Shown here: piece by piece, positions 40,004-50,001 of the stretch
How the letters are laid out: every line of letters begins with the position of its first letter
Numbering within the stretch: the first letter of the stretch is position 1
DNA from: an uncultured bacterium
Lineage (GTDB): Bacteria; Acidobacteriota; HRBIN11; JAKEFK01
Reading direction: 5' to 3'
Assembly (NCBI GenBank): GCA_963777505.1
Contig: CAVZQN010000003.1
Location: forward strand, 192,001-256,000
DNA: 64,000 nt
Translations under genes and position numbers: made by a program
Notes under the pieces: model-generated
The model's input: only the letters and a program-made list of their open reading frames with translations
The model's database searches: none
What the model was told of the DNA's origin: nothing

Positions 40004-42799
40004 ATGAAAAGATCTTTTTACAAAATCACAGGAATCCGCGAAGGCGAAGTATTCCGCGCGCTCCTGATGTTTTCTTATATTTTCTTAGTCATTACATCTC
40101 TTCAAATTCTCAAACCTGTGCGAAATTCTCTATTCCTGACAAGGTTTGGAGTCAGTGAGCTTCCGAAAGTATATTTGCTTGTTGGCGTTGTAGTTGGTGT
40201 AATTATTTTTCTATACACCCGTTTCGCGCGCAAAATCAGGCTAGGCCGGCTCGTTGCGTATTCACTTATAGTATCGATTTCTATTCTGATTCTTTTTAGA
40301 ATTTTTTTAGGCGGTGACCATAGATCAGGATTTCTTGCGTACGCTTTTTACATTTGGGTTGAAACCTATGGCGTCATTCTCACTGCACAATTCTGGTTAC
40401 TTACAAATTTTGTTTTCGATTCGCGTGAAGCCAGACGATTATTCGGTTTCGTTGGCTCCGGGGCAATTTTAGGAGGAATTGCCGGAGGATATCTGACAAA
40501 ATTGGTTGTACCGCTTACGGGTACCGTAAACCTGATCTTAATTTGCTGCCTACTCTTAAGTTTCTGTATCCTGATTCTCAGGATCGTTTGGATAAAAAAC
40601 GTAAAGCCGGCTTTCAGAGATAGGCGAATTACACCCGTTCGTGTGGAACAACGCGGTACGTGGAGCCCATTAAAGCTTGTTTTATCATCTTCTCACTTAC
40701 GGCTGATTGCAGGGATCGTCGGAATTGGTGTACTTGCAGGGAACCTCGTAGATTATCAATTCAATGTGATTGCTGTTTCTCGGATTCAAGATCGAGATGA
40801 GCTTACTGCATTTTTTGGATTCTGGTTATCGAACCTCAGTATCATTTCATTGTTCATTCAGCTTTTCATAACGCCGCGCATCCTGATGAAATTTGGCGTA
40901 GGCGCCTCATTGTTTGTTCTTCCAACTGGAATTCTTTTTGGAACTCTTTACTTCTTGTTACAACCCGGTATCTGGTCAGGCATTACTACAAAAATAGGCG
41001 ACGGTGGTCTTAAGCATTCTGTAAATAAGGTTGGTTTGGAATTGTTGTATCTTCCAGTTCCATCTCACATCAAGACCCAGGTCAAAACCTTCATTGATGT
41101 TTTTGTTGATAGCTTTGCCGAAGGTCTAAGTGGCGTATTGCTTATTGTTATTGGCCTTACGTTGGGAACTCATATTCGTTCGATTAGCATGGTGATCATT
41201 GCGTTGGTTTTCATCTGGTTTGGTCTCGTATTTCTGGCACGCAAGGAGTATGTGAATGCATTCCGAAATGCCATTGAAAAACGCACAATCGATCTCGAAG
41301 ACCAACAGGTCAACCTTGAGGATGCAAGCCTTTTTGATTTCATCGCCAGGATTCTTGAAAGTGAACGAGAACGCAGGATCTTGTTTGTTCTTAACCTGAT
41401 TGAGAATTCACATAACAACAAACTGGTTCCTTATTTAAGAAATTTACTGAAGCATCCATCGGACGATATTAAAATCCAAGTCCTTCAGATGCTGCAGAAT
41501 TTCGGATCCGTGAACTTTTCTGCCGAAGTTGAGCCGCTTGTTTCGGATAACAGTTTTGAAGTCAGAACAGGTGCCATCGATTATTTGTGTGATAAAGCAC
41601 CTGCTCGATTTGAGAAGCTGGAAATGTATTTAGATGATCCTTCATCCGAAATTCGCGCAGCTGCATTGATGGTTGCAGCGCATGATTTCACTACGATTCG
41701 TGATTTCCGCAAACATTTTCAATTTGCGGAACGGTTTAAGCAGCTTGTAGGAAATTATCAACAGAACAACTCTAACGAACTAAAGATTCAAGCTGCGCGA
41801 ATTATTGGTGAAGCGCACGAACCAGCACTCTATCCTTATCTGCATGAGTTATTGAAGGATACAGAACGGGACGTTCTTCGTGAAGCAATACAAGCGGCCG
41901 GTGAAACTCGGGCGGCTGAATTCGCTCCCGTTTTGATGCGTCATCTGAGCACAAGGAGAGTCCGCAAGCATGCACGTGTATCATTGGCAAAATATGGTGA
42001 ACCGATAGTCAACGATCTAATGAATCGATTAAATGATCCTTCGGAAAACAGAATTATCCGGCTCAGTATTCCAAAAGTCTTAGCTTTAATCGGTGTTCAA
42101 CGATCTGTTGATGAGTTGCTCAGCAAATTAGAAGAACCTGATCTCTTGCTAAGATACGAAGTTCTTAAGGCTCTCAGCAAACTCAAAGCGAATTTTCCAA
42201 ATGTTAAGGTAAATCGAGAAGTAATCATGAAGGAAATACTTGAAGAAACAAAGTATTACTTCAAAACTTTTAATGTGCTTAAACTGGAGCAAGAAAGCCA
42301 ATCAGATCATGACAACGATTCTCTATCTAAAGCACGTAGATTGCTTATGCGAGCGTTGGAGGAAAGACTGGACAAGAATCTTGAACGCATCTTCCGCTTG
42401 CTCGGTCTTCGCTATTCGAGTCAGGACATGTTTAGCGCATATAAAGGAATCGTCAGCGATCAAAACGATCTTCGTGCGAATGCTCTCGAGTTTTTGGATA
42501 ATGTTTTAGATCGATATTTAAGGCGTTACATCTTGCCGATTGTTGATGAAATGCATGCCGGTGAAGCGCTCGATGACCTTCGACGTGAATTTGGCGTCGA
42601 AAATCACGATCAAAAAAGAATGCTTAAAGACCTGTTGGAAGGTGACGATAACTGGCTTAGAATTTGTGCGCTCTATGTAGTTTCAGCGCTTAATGAAAAA
42701 GATTGCGTACCGCTTGTTGAATCTCTAAAGGAAGATACCGATCCGATTGTACGAGAGACTGCAGTGTTTGCATTAAGACAGCTGGAAGCGGGAGCTTAG
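40004..42799 (+). CDS. NTT (Npt1/Npt2, TLC-like) nucleotide transporter fused to HEAT repeats
   Basis: ILKPVRNSLFL, QFW, REARRLFG, ELLYLPVP...K..IDVFV, about 12 TM segments, then HEAT-like helical repeats. Confidence 0.88.
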   Translation: MKRSFYKITGIREGEVFRALLMFSYIFLVITSLQILKPVRNSLFLTRFGVSELPKVYLLVGVVVGVIIFLYTRFARKIRLGRLVAYSLIVSISILILFRIFLGGDHRSGFLAYAFYIWVETYGVILTAQFWLLTNFVFDSREARRLFGFVGSGAILGGIAGGYLTKLVVPLTGTVNLILICCLLLSFCILILRIVWIKNVKPAFRDRRITPVRVEQRGTWSPLKLVLSSSHLRLIAGIVGIGVLAGNLVDYQFNVIAVSRIQDRDELTAFFGFWLSNLSIISLFIQLFITPRILMKFGVGASLFVLPTGILFGTLYFLLQPGIWSGITTKIGDGGLKHSVNKVGLELLYLPVPSHIKTQVKTFIDVFVDSFAEGLSGVLLIVIGLTLGTHIRSISMVIIALVFIWFGLVFLARKEYVNAFRNAIEKRTIDLEDQQVNLEDASLFDFIARILESERERRILFVLNLIENSHNNKLVPYLRNLLKHPSDDIKIQVLQMLQNFGSVNFSAEVEPLVSDNSFEVRTGAIDYLCDKAPARFEKLEMYLDDPSSEIRAAALMVAAHDFTTIRDFRKHFQFAERFKQLVGNYQQNNSNELKIQAARIIGEAHEPALYPYLHELLKDTERDVLREAIQAAGETRAAEFAPVLMRHLSTRRVRKHARVSLAKYGEPIVNDLMNRLNDPSENRIIRLSIPKVLALIGVQRSVDELLSKLEEPDLLLRYEVLKALSKLKANFPNVKVNREVIMKEILEETKYYFKTFNVLKLEQESQSDHDNDSLSKARRLLMRALEERLDKNLERIFRLLGLRYSSQDMFSAYKGIVSDQNDLRANALEFLDNVLDRYLRRYILPIVDEMHAGEALDDLRREFGVENHDQKRMLKDLLEGDDNWLRICALYVVSALNEKDCVPLVESLKEDTDPIVRETAVFALRQLEAGA

Positions 42800-42809
42800 T
42801 GTTGAAATC

Positions 42810-43226
42810 ATGCTGACAACTGTCGAAAAAGTTATTTTCCTTCAGGACATCGATTTCTTCGAATTTACTCAAACGGAGGATCTCGCTTACATTGCAGCGA
42901 TTACACAGGAAGTCAGAATCAAAGCGGGATCGATGATATATAAGGAAGGGGAAGATTCGGATTCGATGTATCTTGTTATTGACGGCAAGGTACGGCTGCA
43001 CCGCGGCGGCAGTGAAATCATGGTTGCCGAAAATAAAGATGTTTTTGGCACGTGGGCCTTATTTGATGATGAACCGCGAGTCGCAACTGCAACAACTCTA
43101 GACGATACTTCGCTGCTAAGAATCTCACGAGAAGATTTTCTTGATCTGCTCTCTGATCACACTAATATTACGGAGTCTGTTTTTAAAGCTCTTGTGAAAA
43201 AAATTCGAAGTCTGATCCGCGACTAA
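42810..43226 (+). CDS. cyclic nucleotide-binding domain protein
   Basis: EKVIFLQ, IYKEGE, MYLVIDGKV, FGTWAL.D.EPR.ATA. Confidence 0.9.
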   Translation: MLTTVEKVIFLQDIDFFEFTQTEDLAYIAAITQEVRIKAGSMIYKEGEDSDSMYLVIDGKVRLHRGGSEIMVAENKDVFGTWALFDDEPRVATATTLDDTSLLRISREDFLDLLSDHTNITESVFKALVKKIRSLIRD

Positions 43227-43240
43227 GGGCTCCAGTAAGG

Positions 43241-43530
43241 CCACTGATAAACGCGGATTTTACAGATTACCACGGATCTAATTGAACCACGGATACACAC
43301 AGATAAACACGGATCGAACTCACATTCAGTTCGGATAGCAGCCTCTTGCTGCCGGCGGCCTTTCAGGCGTGAATTGAGGCAGTGCCAAAAACAAAAGCCG
43401 CAGTAAAAGGAAATTGATGCATTAAGAGTAGTGGCTTTTGTTTTTGGCACTGCCTCAATTCAGTGCCCGCCGAAGGCGGGCCGCCGGCATCTATCCGTGT
43501 GCATCCGTGTAATCCGTGGTTAAATCAGTG
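43241..43530. repeat. compound cruciform (MITE/REPIN-like) element between convergent genes
   Basis: Outer cacggat/atccgtg 9-10 nt periodic arms; tgccggcggcc / ggccgccggca; perfect 30-bp inverted repeat tgaattgaggcagtgccaaaaacaaaagcc (43370-43399, 43433-43462). Confidence 0.9.
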
Positions 43531-43538
43531 TTCAATTC

Positions 43539-46511
43539 TTATTTTGTGAGCTTTGTGCTTTTGCGGTTAACATCCCGGCCAAATCGTGTTCGCAACGGAA
43601 CCTTCACCTGGATTAAAGTTCCTTTATCTGGTTCGGATTCAACTTGCAAACTTCCGCCAAGCAATCTGGCACGTTCTTTCATCGTTTTTAAGCCATTTCC
43701 ATCAAACGCTTTGCCGGATGGAATTCCGCGACCATTGTCTTGAATCGTGCAAAAAAACGATCCGTTAGCGATTTTCATTTCTATGTGGGCGGCAGTTGCT
43801 TTGGAATGTTTAACGATGTTATTTACGCATTCTTTAACGATGAGATGGATATGGCGTTTGAAATCAGGAGTTAGTTTTCGTCCTGTATCCAGTTGAGGTG
43901 CAATCATTTCAAAATCGATATTTGAAGCTGAGAGAATATCGACACTAAATTTTCTTACCCTTGTCACCAGATCTTCCACACGATCACGCGACGGATTTAC
44001 GGCCCACACAATGTCGCTCATTGATTCCATTAAGTCGCGCGAGGTTTCTGAAACTTTCTGCAAACGTGAGGTTGTTTCTGCCCCAGAATTCTGAAGTTGT
44101 TCGCGTATGGCTTCACTAATGACGGCTATCTGAGAAAGTCCTGCGCCGATATCATCATGCAAATCCGAAGCAATGCGCGTACGAATCCTTTCAAGCTCCA
44201 ACACCCTTCGAATCTGAAAAGCATGAATTCTCCAAATCAAAAGTGCAGCAGCCATTCCAGAAATCGCGTAAAACCACCATGTTTGATAAAAGTATGGCCG
44301 GAGTTGAAACGCGAAGCTTGCACCTGTTTCATTCCAAATGCCATCATTGTTGCAGGCGCGTACTTGAAATGTGTATTGTCCTGGCGGGATATTTGTATAT
44401 TGCGCAATCCGCCGAGTTCCTGCTTCTATCCAACTTCCATCAAATCCAGTTAATCGGTACTGGAAGCGCACTTTTTCTGGCGCTAAAAAACTGAACGCTG
44501 CGAATTCAAAATCGAAATTGCGATTTCCTGGCGGCAACGATCGCGCTTGCTCTAATTGAATCTGTCTTCCGGATACGATCATTTTTTCAATCATCACTGG
44601 AGGCGGTACTGGATTCGTTTTTAACTTCCCTGGTTCAATGACCGCTGCACCTTCCAGTGTTGCGAACCAAAGCCGCCCATCTTTTGAGTGCCAGATGGAT
44701 GGTTGATTTCCATCGAAGCATTCTGCATTCCTCAATCCATCACTCGTTGTGAATGTTTGAGGTTCCAGCTTTGTCAATTTCCCATCGGCAAAATCGTTTG
44801 CTTGCTGTTTTGAAAGTCGAAGAATTCCTTTATGACTTCCTATCCAGATAAATCCTTTTGAATCATCAATGAATGAAGAAACCGAGTTGATACCCAGGCC
44901 ATCTGCGCCACGATAGACAACAAACTTACCGTTTTTATAACGCAAAAGTCCTGACGACATCGTTCCAATCCAGACCGTTCCATCAGCATCTTCGTAAACT
45001 GTAGATAAAGTATCCGTGGGGAGGCCGTCTTTGCGCGTATAGTGTTTCCATTTATCTTCTTTGTATTGATAAAGTCCGCCTTTCGTCGCAACCCACATCC
45101 CTGAGTTTGAAGATTCGAAAAAGGCTTGAATTGTTCCTCGGCGAAGTTCGTTTACAGAAAGTAATTCCCCATTCGTGAAAATATTCAGGCCATTGTTAGT
45201 TGCGATCCAGAGCCGTCCCTGCGTATCCTCTTTGAGTGCTATGACAACTTGATCCAGCAATCCATCTTTCGTTGTATAACTGCTGACTTCATTCTTTGAT
45301 ATGCGGTTTAACCCTGACATAGATCCAACCCACAAATTACCTTGTGAGTCTTTAAGGAGTGACGTTATGTAATTAGAAAGCAGTCCATTTTTCGTATTAA
45401 GGTGTGTTATTTTTTCCCCATCAATTCGGTTCAATCCTTCATCGGTTCCAATCCAAAAGATTCCATCAGGATCTTCGTACACTGAAGTTACAATGTCGGT
45501 GGTTAAGCCTTCAGCTTTTCCTATAACGCGAACTTTCCCTTCACTGAAGCGGCTGAGTCCGCCATTGCTCATACCGATCCAGACACTGCCTTCCGGATCT
45601 TCGTAAATAGCCCACACTGCATCGCGAGGCAAACCTTCTTTTGATGTATAGCGTTCAATTTTGTCTTTATACTTTCTCCCAATTCCTCCTTCAGTACCTA
45701 TCCAAAGGTTGTGATCTCTGTCCAGCATTAAACAATTGACAATGTTACTTGGAAGACCGTCTGCTGTTGTGTAATTTTTAAATTTTCCATTCTTGTAATG
45801 ACTTAAACCACCTTCAGTTGCGATCCAGTGTGAACCATCCGGATCGCGAATAATCGCCCACACGGCATTATTTGCTAAGCCATCACGTTGGGTAACTGTT
45901 TTCCACTTACCATCACTGAAAATAAGAAGTCCATCTTGAGTACCGGCCCAGACAGTTGAGTCTGGATCAACTGTCATGTAATGAACATATTTTGTTCCAT
46001 TCAATTGTTCTGGAAGATATTTTGTAAATGAAGCACGATTCCATTTTGCGATGCCTTCATGTGTTCCCAGCCATAAATTTCCTGAAGGATCTTCGGTGAT
46101 GGAATAAATCCACGAATCGTTGAGGCCATCTTTTTTTGTGTATCGGATGGTTTCGGTTCCACTATGTTGGAAGAGTCCTTCCATCGTTGCAATCCATAGA
46201 TTGCCCTGAGAATCAGGGAAAAGAGAATTGACAGTTCGCATTGAGAAGTCAGAATTTTCTGGCATCTCAAGTGGAACAAAACGCACACCGTCAAATCGTG
46301 TGACACCCTGATAATCACCGAGCCATAAATAGCCATTCTTCGTTTGGGTGATAGAAAGGACTGTATCCTGCGGCAAACCTTGTTTCGATTTGTAATTAAT
46401 ATGGACGTAATCCTTGATGGGAATGGAAGGATCCAAAGAGAAGCAGATTATGGGAATGCAAAACTGCAAAAGGATCAGAAATGCATAGGAGCTTTTCTGT
46501 TTAACATGCAT
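43539..46511 (-). CDS. sensor histidine kinase with two-component-regulator beta-propeller, Y_Y_Y and HisKA_3 domains
   Basis: Repeated D..G.LWIGT..GL, YTNIPPGQYTFQV, one TM segment, RIASDLHDDIG, DNGRG, GNGL..M.ERA. Confidence 0.93.
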   Translation of the reverse strand: MHVKQKSSYAFLILLQFCIPIICFSLDPSIPIKDYVHINYKSKQGLPQDTVLSITQTKNGYLWLGDYQGVTRFDGVRFVPLEMPENSDFSMRTVNSLFPDSQGNLWIATMEGLFQHSGTETIRYTKKDGLNDSWIYSITEDPSGNLWLGTHEGIAKWNRASFTKYLPEQLNGTKYVHYMTVDPDSTVWAGTQDGLLIFSDGKWKTVTQRDGLANNAVWAIIRDPDGSHWIATEGGLSHYKNGKFKNYTTADGLPSNIVNCLMLDRDHNLWIGTEGGIGRKYKDKIERYTSKEGLPRDAVWAIYEDPEGSVWIGMSNGGLSRFSEGKVRVIGKAEGLTTDIVTSVYEDPDGIFWIGTDEGLNRIDGEKITHLNTKNGLLSNYITSLLKDSQGNLWVGSMSGLNRISKNEVSSYTTKDGLLDQVVIALKEDTQGRLWIATNNGLNIFTNGELLSVNELRRGTIQAFFESSNSGMWVATKGGLYQYKEDKWKHYTRKDGLPTDTLSTVYEDADGTVWIGTMSSGLLRYKNGKFVVYRGADGLGINSVSSFIDDSKGFIWIGSHKGILRLSKQQANDFADGKLTKLEPQTFTTSDGLRNAECFDGNQPSIWHSKDGRLWFATLEGAAVIEPGKLKTNPVPPPVMIEKMIVSGRQIQLEQARSLPPGNRNFDFEFAAFSFLAPEKVRFQYRLTGFDGSWIEAGTRRIAQYTNIPPGQYTFQVRACNNDGIWNETGASFAFQLRPYFYQTWWFYAISGMAAALLIWRIHAFQIRRVLELERIRTRIASDLHDDIGAGLSQIAVISEAIREQLQNSGAETTSRLQKVSETSRDLMESMSDIVWAVNPSRDRVEDLVTRVRKFSVDILSASNIDFEMIAPQLDTGRKLTPDFKRHIHLIVKECVNNIVKHSKATAAHIEMKIANGSFFCTIQDNGRGIPSGKAFDGNGLKTMKERARLLGGSLQVESEPDKGTLIQVKVPLRTRFGRDVNRKSTKLTK

Positions 46512-46567
46512 CTTAAACTATGATCTTACCTCAAACCCGTTGACTCTTTCTGTGGTAAAAGAGTGGA

Positions 46568-48019
46568 GTGCATCTCAATCGGATTTTAGCGGCACTGCTT
46601 GCCGCTATCGCAGGCCTCACATATGTGAGAACACTTTTGCCTGGAATCGGTAATTCCGGTGATACCGCAAAGTTTGCTTTTGCAGGATATGTTTGGGGAA
46701 CAGCACACGCTAACGGTTATCCAACTTACCTAATTCTCAATCATTTCTTTACAACGTTTTTGCCCTTTGGAAGTATTGCGTATCGCGCAAACCTGCTCTC
46801 GGCAGTCTTCAGTGTTATTGCGTTGATCGTTCTTTATAGAATTTTCATTCTTCTCAAAGTCAAACCTATCATCGCGTTTCTGGTTTGTCTTGCTTTTAGT
46901 TGTACGCGTACGCTTTGGTCTCAATCAGTTGTAGCAGAGATGTACACATTACATGTGTTGTTTGTAAGTCTCGTAATGTTTTTCTTCCTGAAATGGAATG
47001 CGACTCACAAAGAGCGAGACCTTCTTCTTGGCTGCGGTTTTTATGCCTTCTCATTCGGCAACAGTCCGTCCATGATTGCGTTGCTGCCCGCTATAATTTT
47101 TCTAACTCTGAAAACAAAAAAACAAATTTTCTTTAATCGTAATCTAGTTCTGAAAATCGGTGCACTGATCGTGTTTGGCATTCTTCAGTATTCCTATTCG
47201 CTTTGGCGATATTATGATCCACATACCAAATATCTTGAGATTGCCACTCCTGATTTGAAGACTCTCTGGTGGGCTATGACTGGCGCGCAGCTCAGGTCAA
47301 CTCTGTTTTCAATTCCGATTTCTTTTATCGTTCAACAAAGAATTCCAGAAGTCGCAATCCTCTTTCTGAAAGAATTTTTCTATTGGATACCATTAGCGAT
47401 CTTTGGTATCAAACGATTGAATAGGACTCTGAATGTATTTTTCCTTCTTGCATTTGTAGGCAATATGTTTCTGGTTTTCAATTTTTACTTTCGCGTTTGG
47501 ACGATTTATTTTCTTCCAAACTATTTCATCATCGCAATTTATTTGGGTCTCGCTCTTGATTGGTTTTATGAAAGGCTGTCCCGGAAATCTCTTCAATACG
47601 CGACTCTTGCAGTGTCATTATGCATTCCAATGACATTGTTTTTTTCCAATTACTCCGTAGTCGATCAGCACAAAAACACATTGATCGCAGACACTGCAAA
47701 GAAATATCTTGCGTTAGTAGATTCAAATGCCCTTATTGTTTCGCCGGGCTATGATGCTTCGGAGTACTTATGGTACTACCTGATCGGTGAAGGCTTGCAG
47801 GATAAGACCCAAAACTATGTTATCCATGATTGTTCGATCGATCAGATCAAAGCATACATTGAAGAAAACAGACCGATTTATTCATCGATTCAGCGGATTC
47901 ATATTCCAGCCGGGCTCCAGGTATATTGTTTGGGACCTTCGTACGTTGAAGGTTTGCAAAAGGCAGGGTTAAAAGTTCAATTGCTAAAAATGGGACTTTT
48001 TAGAGTTAGCAAAGGGTAG
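46568..48019 (+). CDS. DUF2723/TMEM260-like membrane glycosyltransferase (GT-C type)
   Basis: GDTAKF....HANGYPTY, AYRANLLSA, LWSQSVVAEMYTLH, many TM helices. Confidence 0.78.
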   Translation: MHLNRILAALLAAIAGLTYVRTLLPGIGNSGDTAKFAFAGYVWGTAHANGYPTYLILNHFFTTFLPFGSIAYRANLLSAVFSVIALIVLYRIFILLKVKPIIAFLVCLAFSCTRTLWSQSVVAEMYTLHVLFVSLVMFFFLKWNATHKERDLLLGCGFYAFSFGNSPSMIALLPAIIFLTLKTKKQIFFNRNLVLKIGALIVFGILQYSYSLWRYYDPHTKYLEIATPDLKTLWWAMTGAQLRSTLFSIPISFIVQQRIPEVAILFLKEFFYWIPLAIFGIKRLNRTLNVFFLLAFVGNMFLVFNFYFRVWTIYFLPNYFIIAIYLGLALDWFYERLSRKSLQYATLAVSLCIPMTLFFSNYSVVDQHKNTLIADTAKKYLALVDSNALIVSPGYDASEYLWYYLIGEGLQDKTQNYVIHDCSIDQIKAYIEENRPIYSSIQRIHIPAGLQVYCLGPSYVEGLQKAGLKVQLLKMGLFRVSKG

Positions 48020-48119
48020 CAATTTCCAGTTAGCAATTTCCGGTTGAATTTGATTATTTTGGGATCATCTTTACTAGGGATGCCTTTGGGGGGAAATTCG
48101 ATTACAATATCTGATCGTT

Positions 48120-48602
48120 ATGACACCCGATCTCGCGAACTCTACGATTCTTGTCGTCGATGATGAAGAAATCGTTCTGACAAGCATCAAAAATTTTCTA
48201 GCGCTCGAGACTGAATACAACATCCTTGCCTTTTCTTCGCCTACAGAAGCACTAAAAGGGATTAAGGATACACCGATTGATCTCGTGATTTCGGACTATC
48301 TTATGCCCGAAATGAATGGCATTGAATTCCTCTTGAAAGTGAAGGAACTATACCCGACTGCAACAAGAATCATTTTGACAGCTTATGCAGATAAAGAGAA
48401 TGCGATCCGCGCGATTAATGAGCTTGGTCTGTTTCAATATATAGAAAAGCCGTGGGACAATGATCAGCTCAAAATTTCAATCCGGAACGGTCTTGAACGA
48501 AGAATCTTAATGAAACAACTTGAAGACACAATCAGGGAGTTTGAGGGATCGCAAAGTCAGTTGAAATCGATTCATAACCGCATTTTAAAGACTTTCGTTT
48601 GA
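48120..48602 (+). CDS. single-domain response regulator with C-terminal coiled coil
   Basis: ILVVDDE, ISDYLMPEMNG, LTAYAD, YIEKPW. Confidence 0.92.
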   Translation: MTPDLANSTILVVDDEEIVLTSIKNFLALETEYNILAFSSPTEALKGIKDTPIDLVISDYLMPEMNGIEFLLKVKELYPTATRIILTAYADKENAIRAINELGLFQYIEKPWDNDQLKISIRNGLERRILMKQLEDTIREFEGSQSQLKSIHNRILKTFV

Positions 48603-48626
48603 AACCAACACTCATAACAAACTTAG

Positions 48627-49998
48627 ATGAATAATCAGCAGTATCGCCTTGTACGTATTTTTCTGTCTGCAGCTTTCTTCTATGTCATGGATGCGAATTC
48701 CAGTCCGTTGCTTGATACCGAGAAAATAAGCCAGGAATTTGCATTGAACGCCGATCAGGAAGATTCAGTCCAAACCGGCGAAACCACGAGAACCGGGAGT
48801 TGGGAAGCTGAAAGAAAAAAGAAATCCTCTTTCTTAGAACCAGAAAAAAGATCCACAATGGAGAAATTTTTGAGTGGGCTCGGTGATGAAGGGGGATTGG
48901 GTCTAAATTGGAAGGGCCTTTACCCAAGATTTGGCGGTCTTGAAGCTTCTGGAGCAAGTATTGGAGCCGGCGTTCGATACTGGCGCCGCAATATTTTGGG
49001 ATCACATATTGAAATGCAGGCACAAGCACTTTTTTCGATCCGCAAATATCAGCAGTACACTTTTCAATTTGGAAAAATTATGAGATATGAAGTCCATCGT
49101 CTGATTGGTACCCGCGGCTATGGCGGCCTTCATAATTTTATCGGGCTCGATAAGAGAGACGACGATTTCTTTCTATTCGGAACTTATCGATATCGAGATT
49201 TTCCCCAAGAGGACTTTTTATGGAATCGGGCCGGACTCAATCGAAGAAAATCGAACCAATTATCGTCAGAAAGATTCGACGATTTTGGGGACGGTTGGAT
49301 ATGAATTAACTTCATGGGCGGTTATTGCGGGATCTGTCGGTTATATGAACGTTGATACTGAATCTGGAGAAGACTCCCGTTTTCCCGATACTTCAATCCT
49401 TTTTGATGATGAAACGGCTCCCGGACTTTTTACGAGTAGTGATTTTATTGTAGGAGGCGGTACTGCAGTTATTGATTTACGCGACAATCCTTCCAATCCT
49501 CACTCCGGGTTCATGCTGGGATTTGAACACGTTCGATATGAAGATGAGAGTGATACAAATTTTAGTTTCGGGCGCACTAGCTATGATGCCCGCTTCTATT
49601 TGCCTCTTGGTTCTGAACATCGTACATTCGCCTTTCAGCTTTACACTTCAATGAACAACCGCGACTCAGGGGATAGAGTTCCTTTCTATTTGCTAGAAGG
49701 CTTAGGCGGAGCCGATGCGTTGCGAGGATTTGATTCGAATCGTTTCCGCGATGATAATTTGATTTCTCTTTCTGGTGAATATCGATGGGAGCCGGCTCCG
49801 TTTTGGGAACTTGCTCTGTTTTATGACGCGGGCAAGGTCTTTCCAAATGGTGAGAATTGGAATTTCGAAAAACTTGAAAATGGGTTCGGAATCGGTACAC
49901 GATTCAAACTTCCCAAAACAACAATTCTCAGAGTTGACGTTGGTCACAGCAACGAAGGAACCCGAGTGTATTTCAAGCTAACCAGCCCATCCTTTTAA
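48627..49998 (+). pseudogene. Omp85 (BamA/TamA-family) outer-membrane barrel without obvious POTRA domains, +1 frameshift in a T run at 49215-49219
   Basis: Deleting one T joins PQEDF to YGIGPDS; Omp85 motifs LGG.DALRGF..NRFRD, EYRW, FYDAGKV, G.GTRF, RVDVG; ends in F. Confidence 0.82.
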
Positions 49999-50001
49999 CA
50001 C

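Noticed and set aside
43241-43320. Short periodic repeats (also at 63146-63200 and 15361-15390) as a CRISPR array
   Set aside because: Units are 9-10 nt with no unique 30-40 nt spacers, they come as inverted pairs, and no cas genes are present.
48017-48044. 14-bp tandem duplication tagcaatttcc(a/g)gt
   Set aside because: Only two copies, overlapping a stop codon, with no other support for a function.
49205-49225. Programmed ribosomal frameshift or phase-variable tract in the Omp85 gene
   Set aside because: The run is only T5 with no canonical slippery heptamer, and three other single-base insertions in the window point to assembly error.
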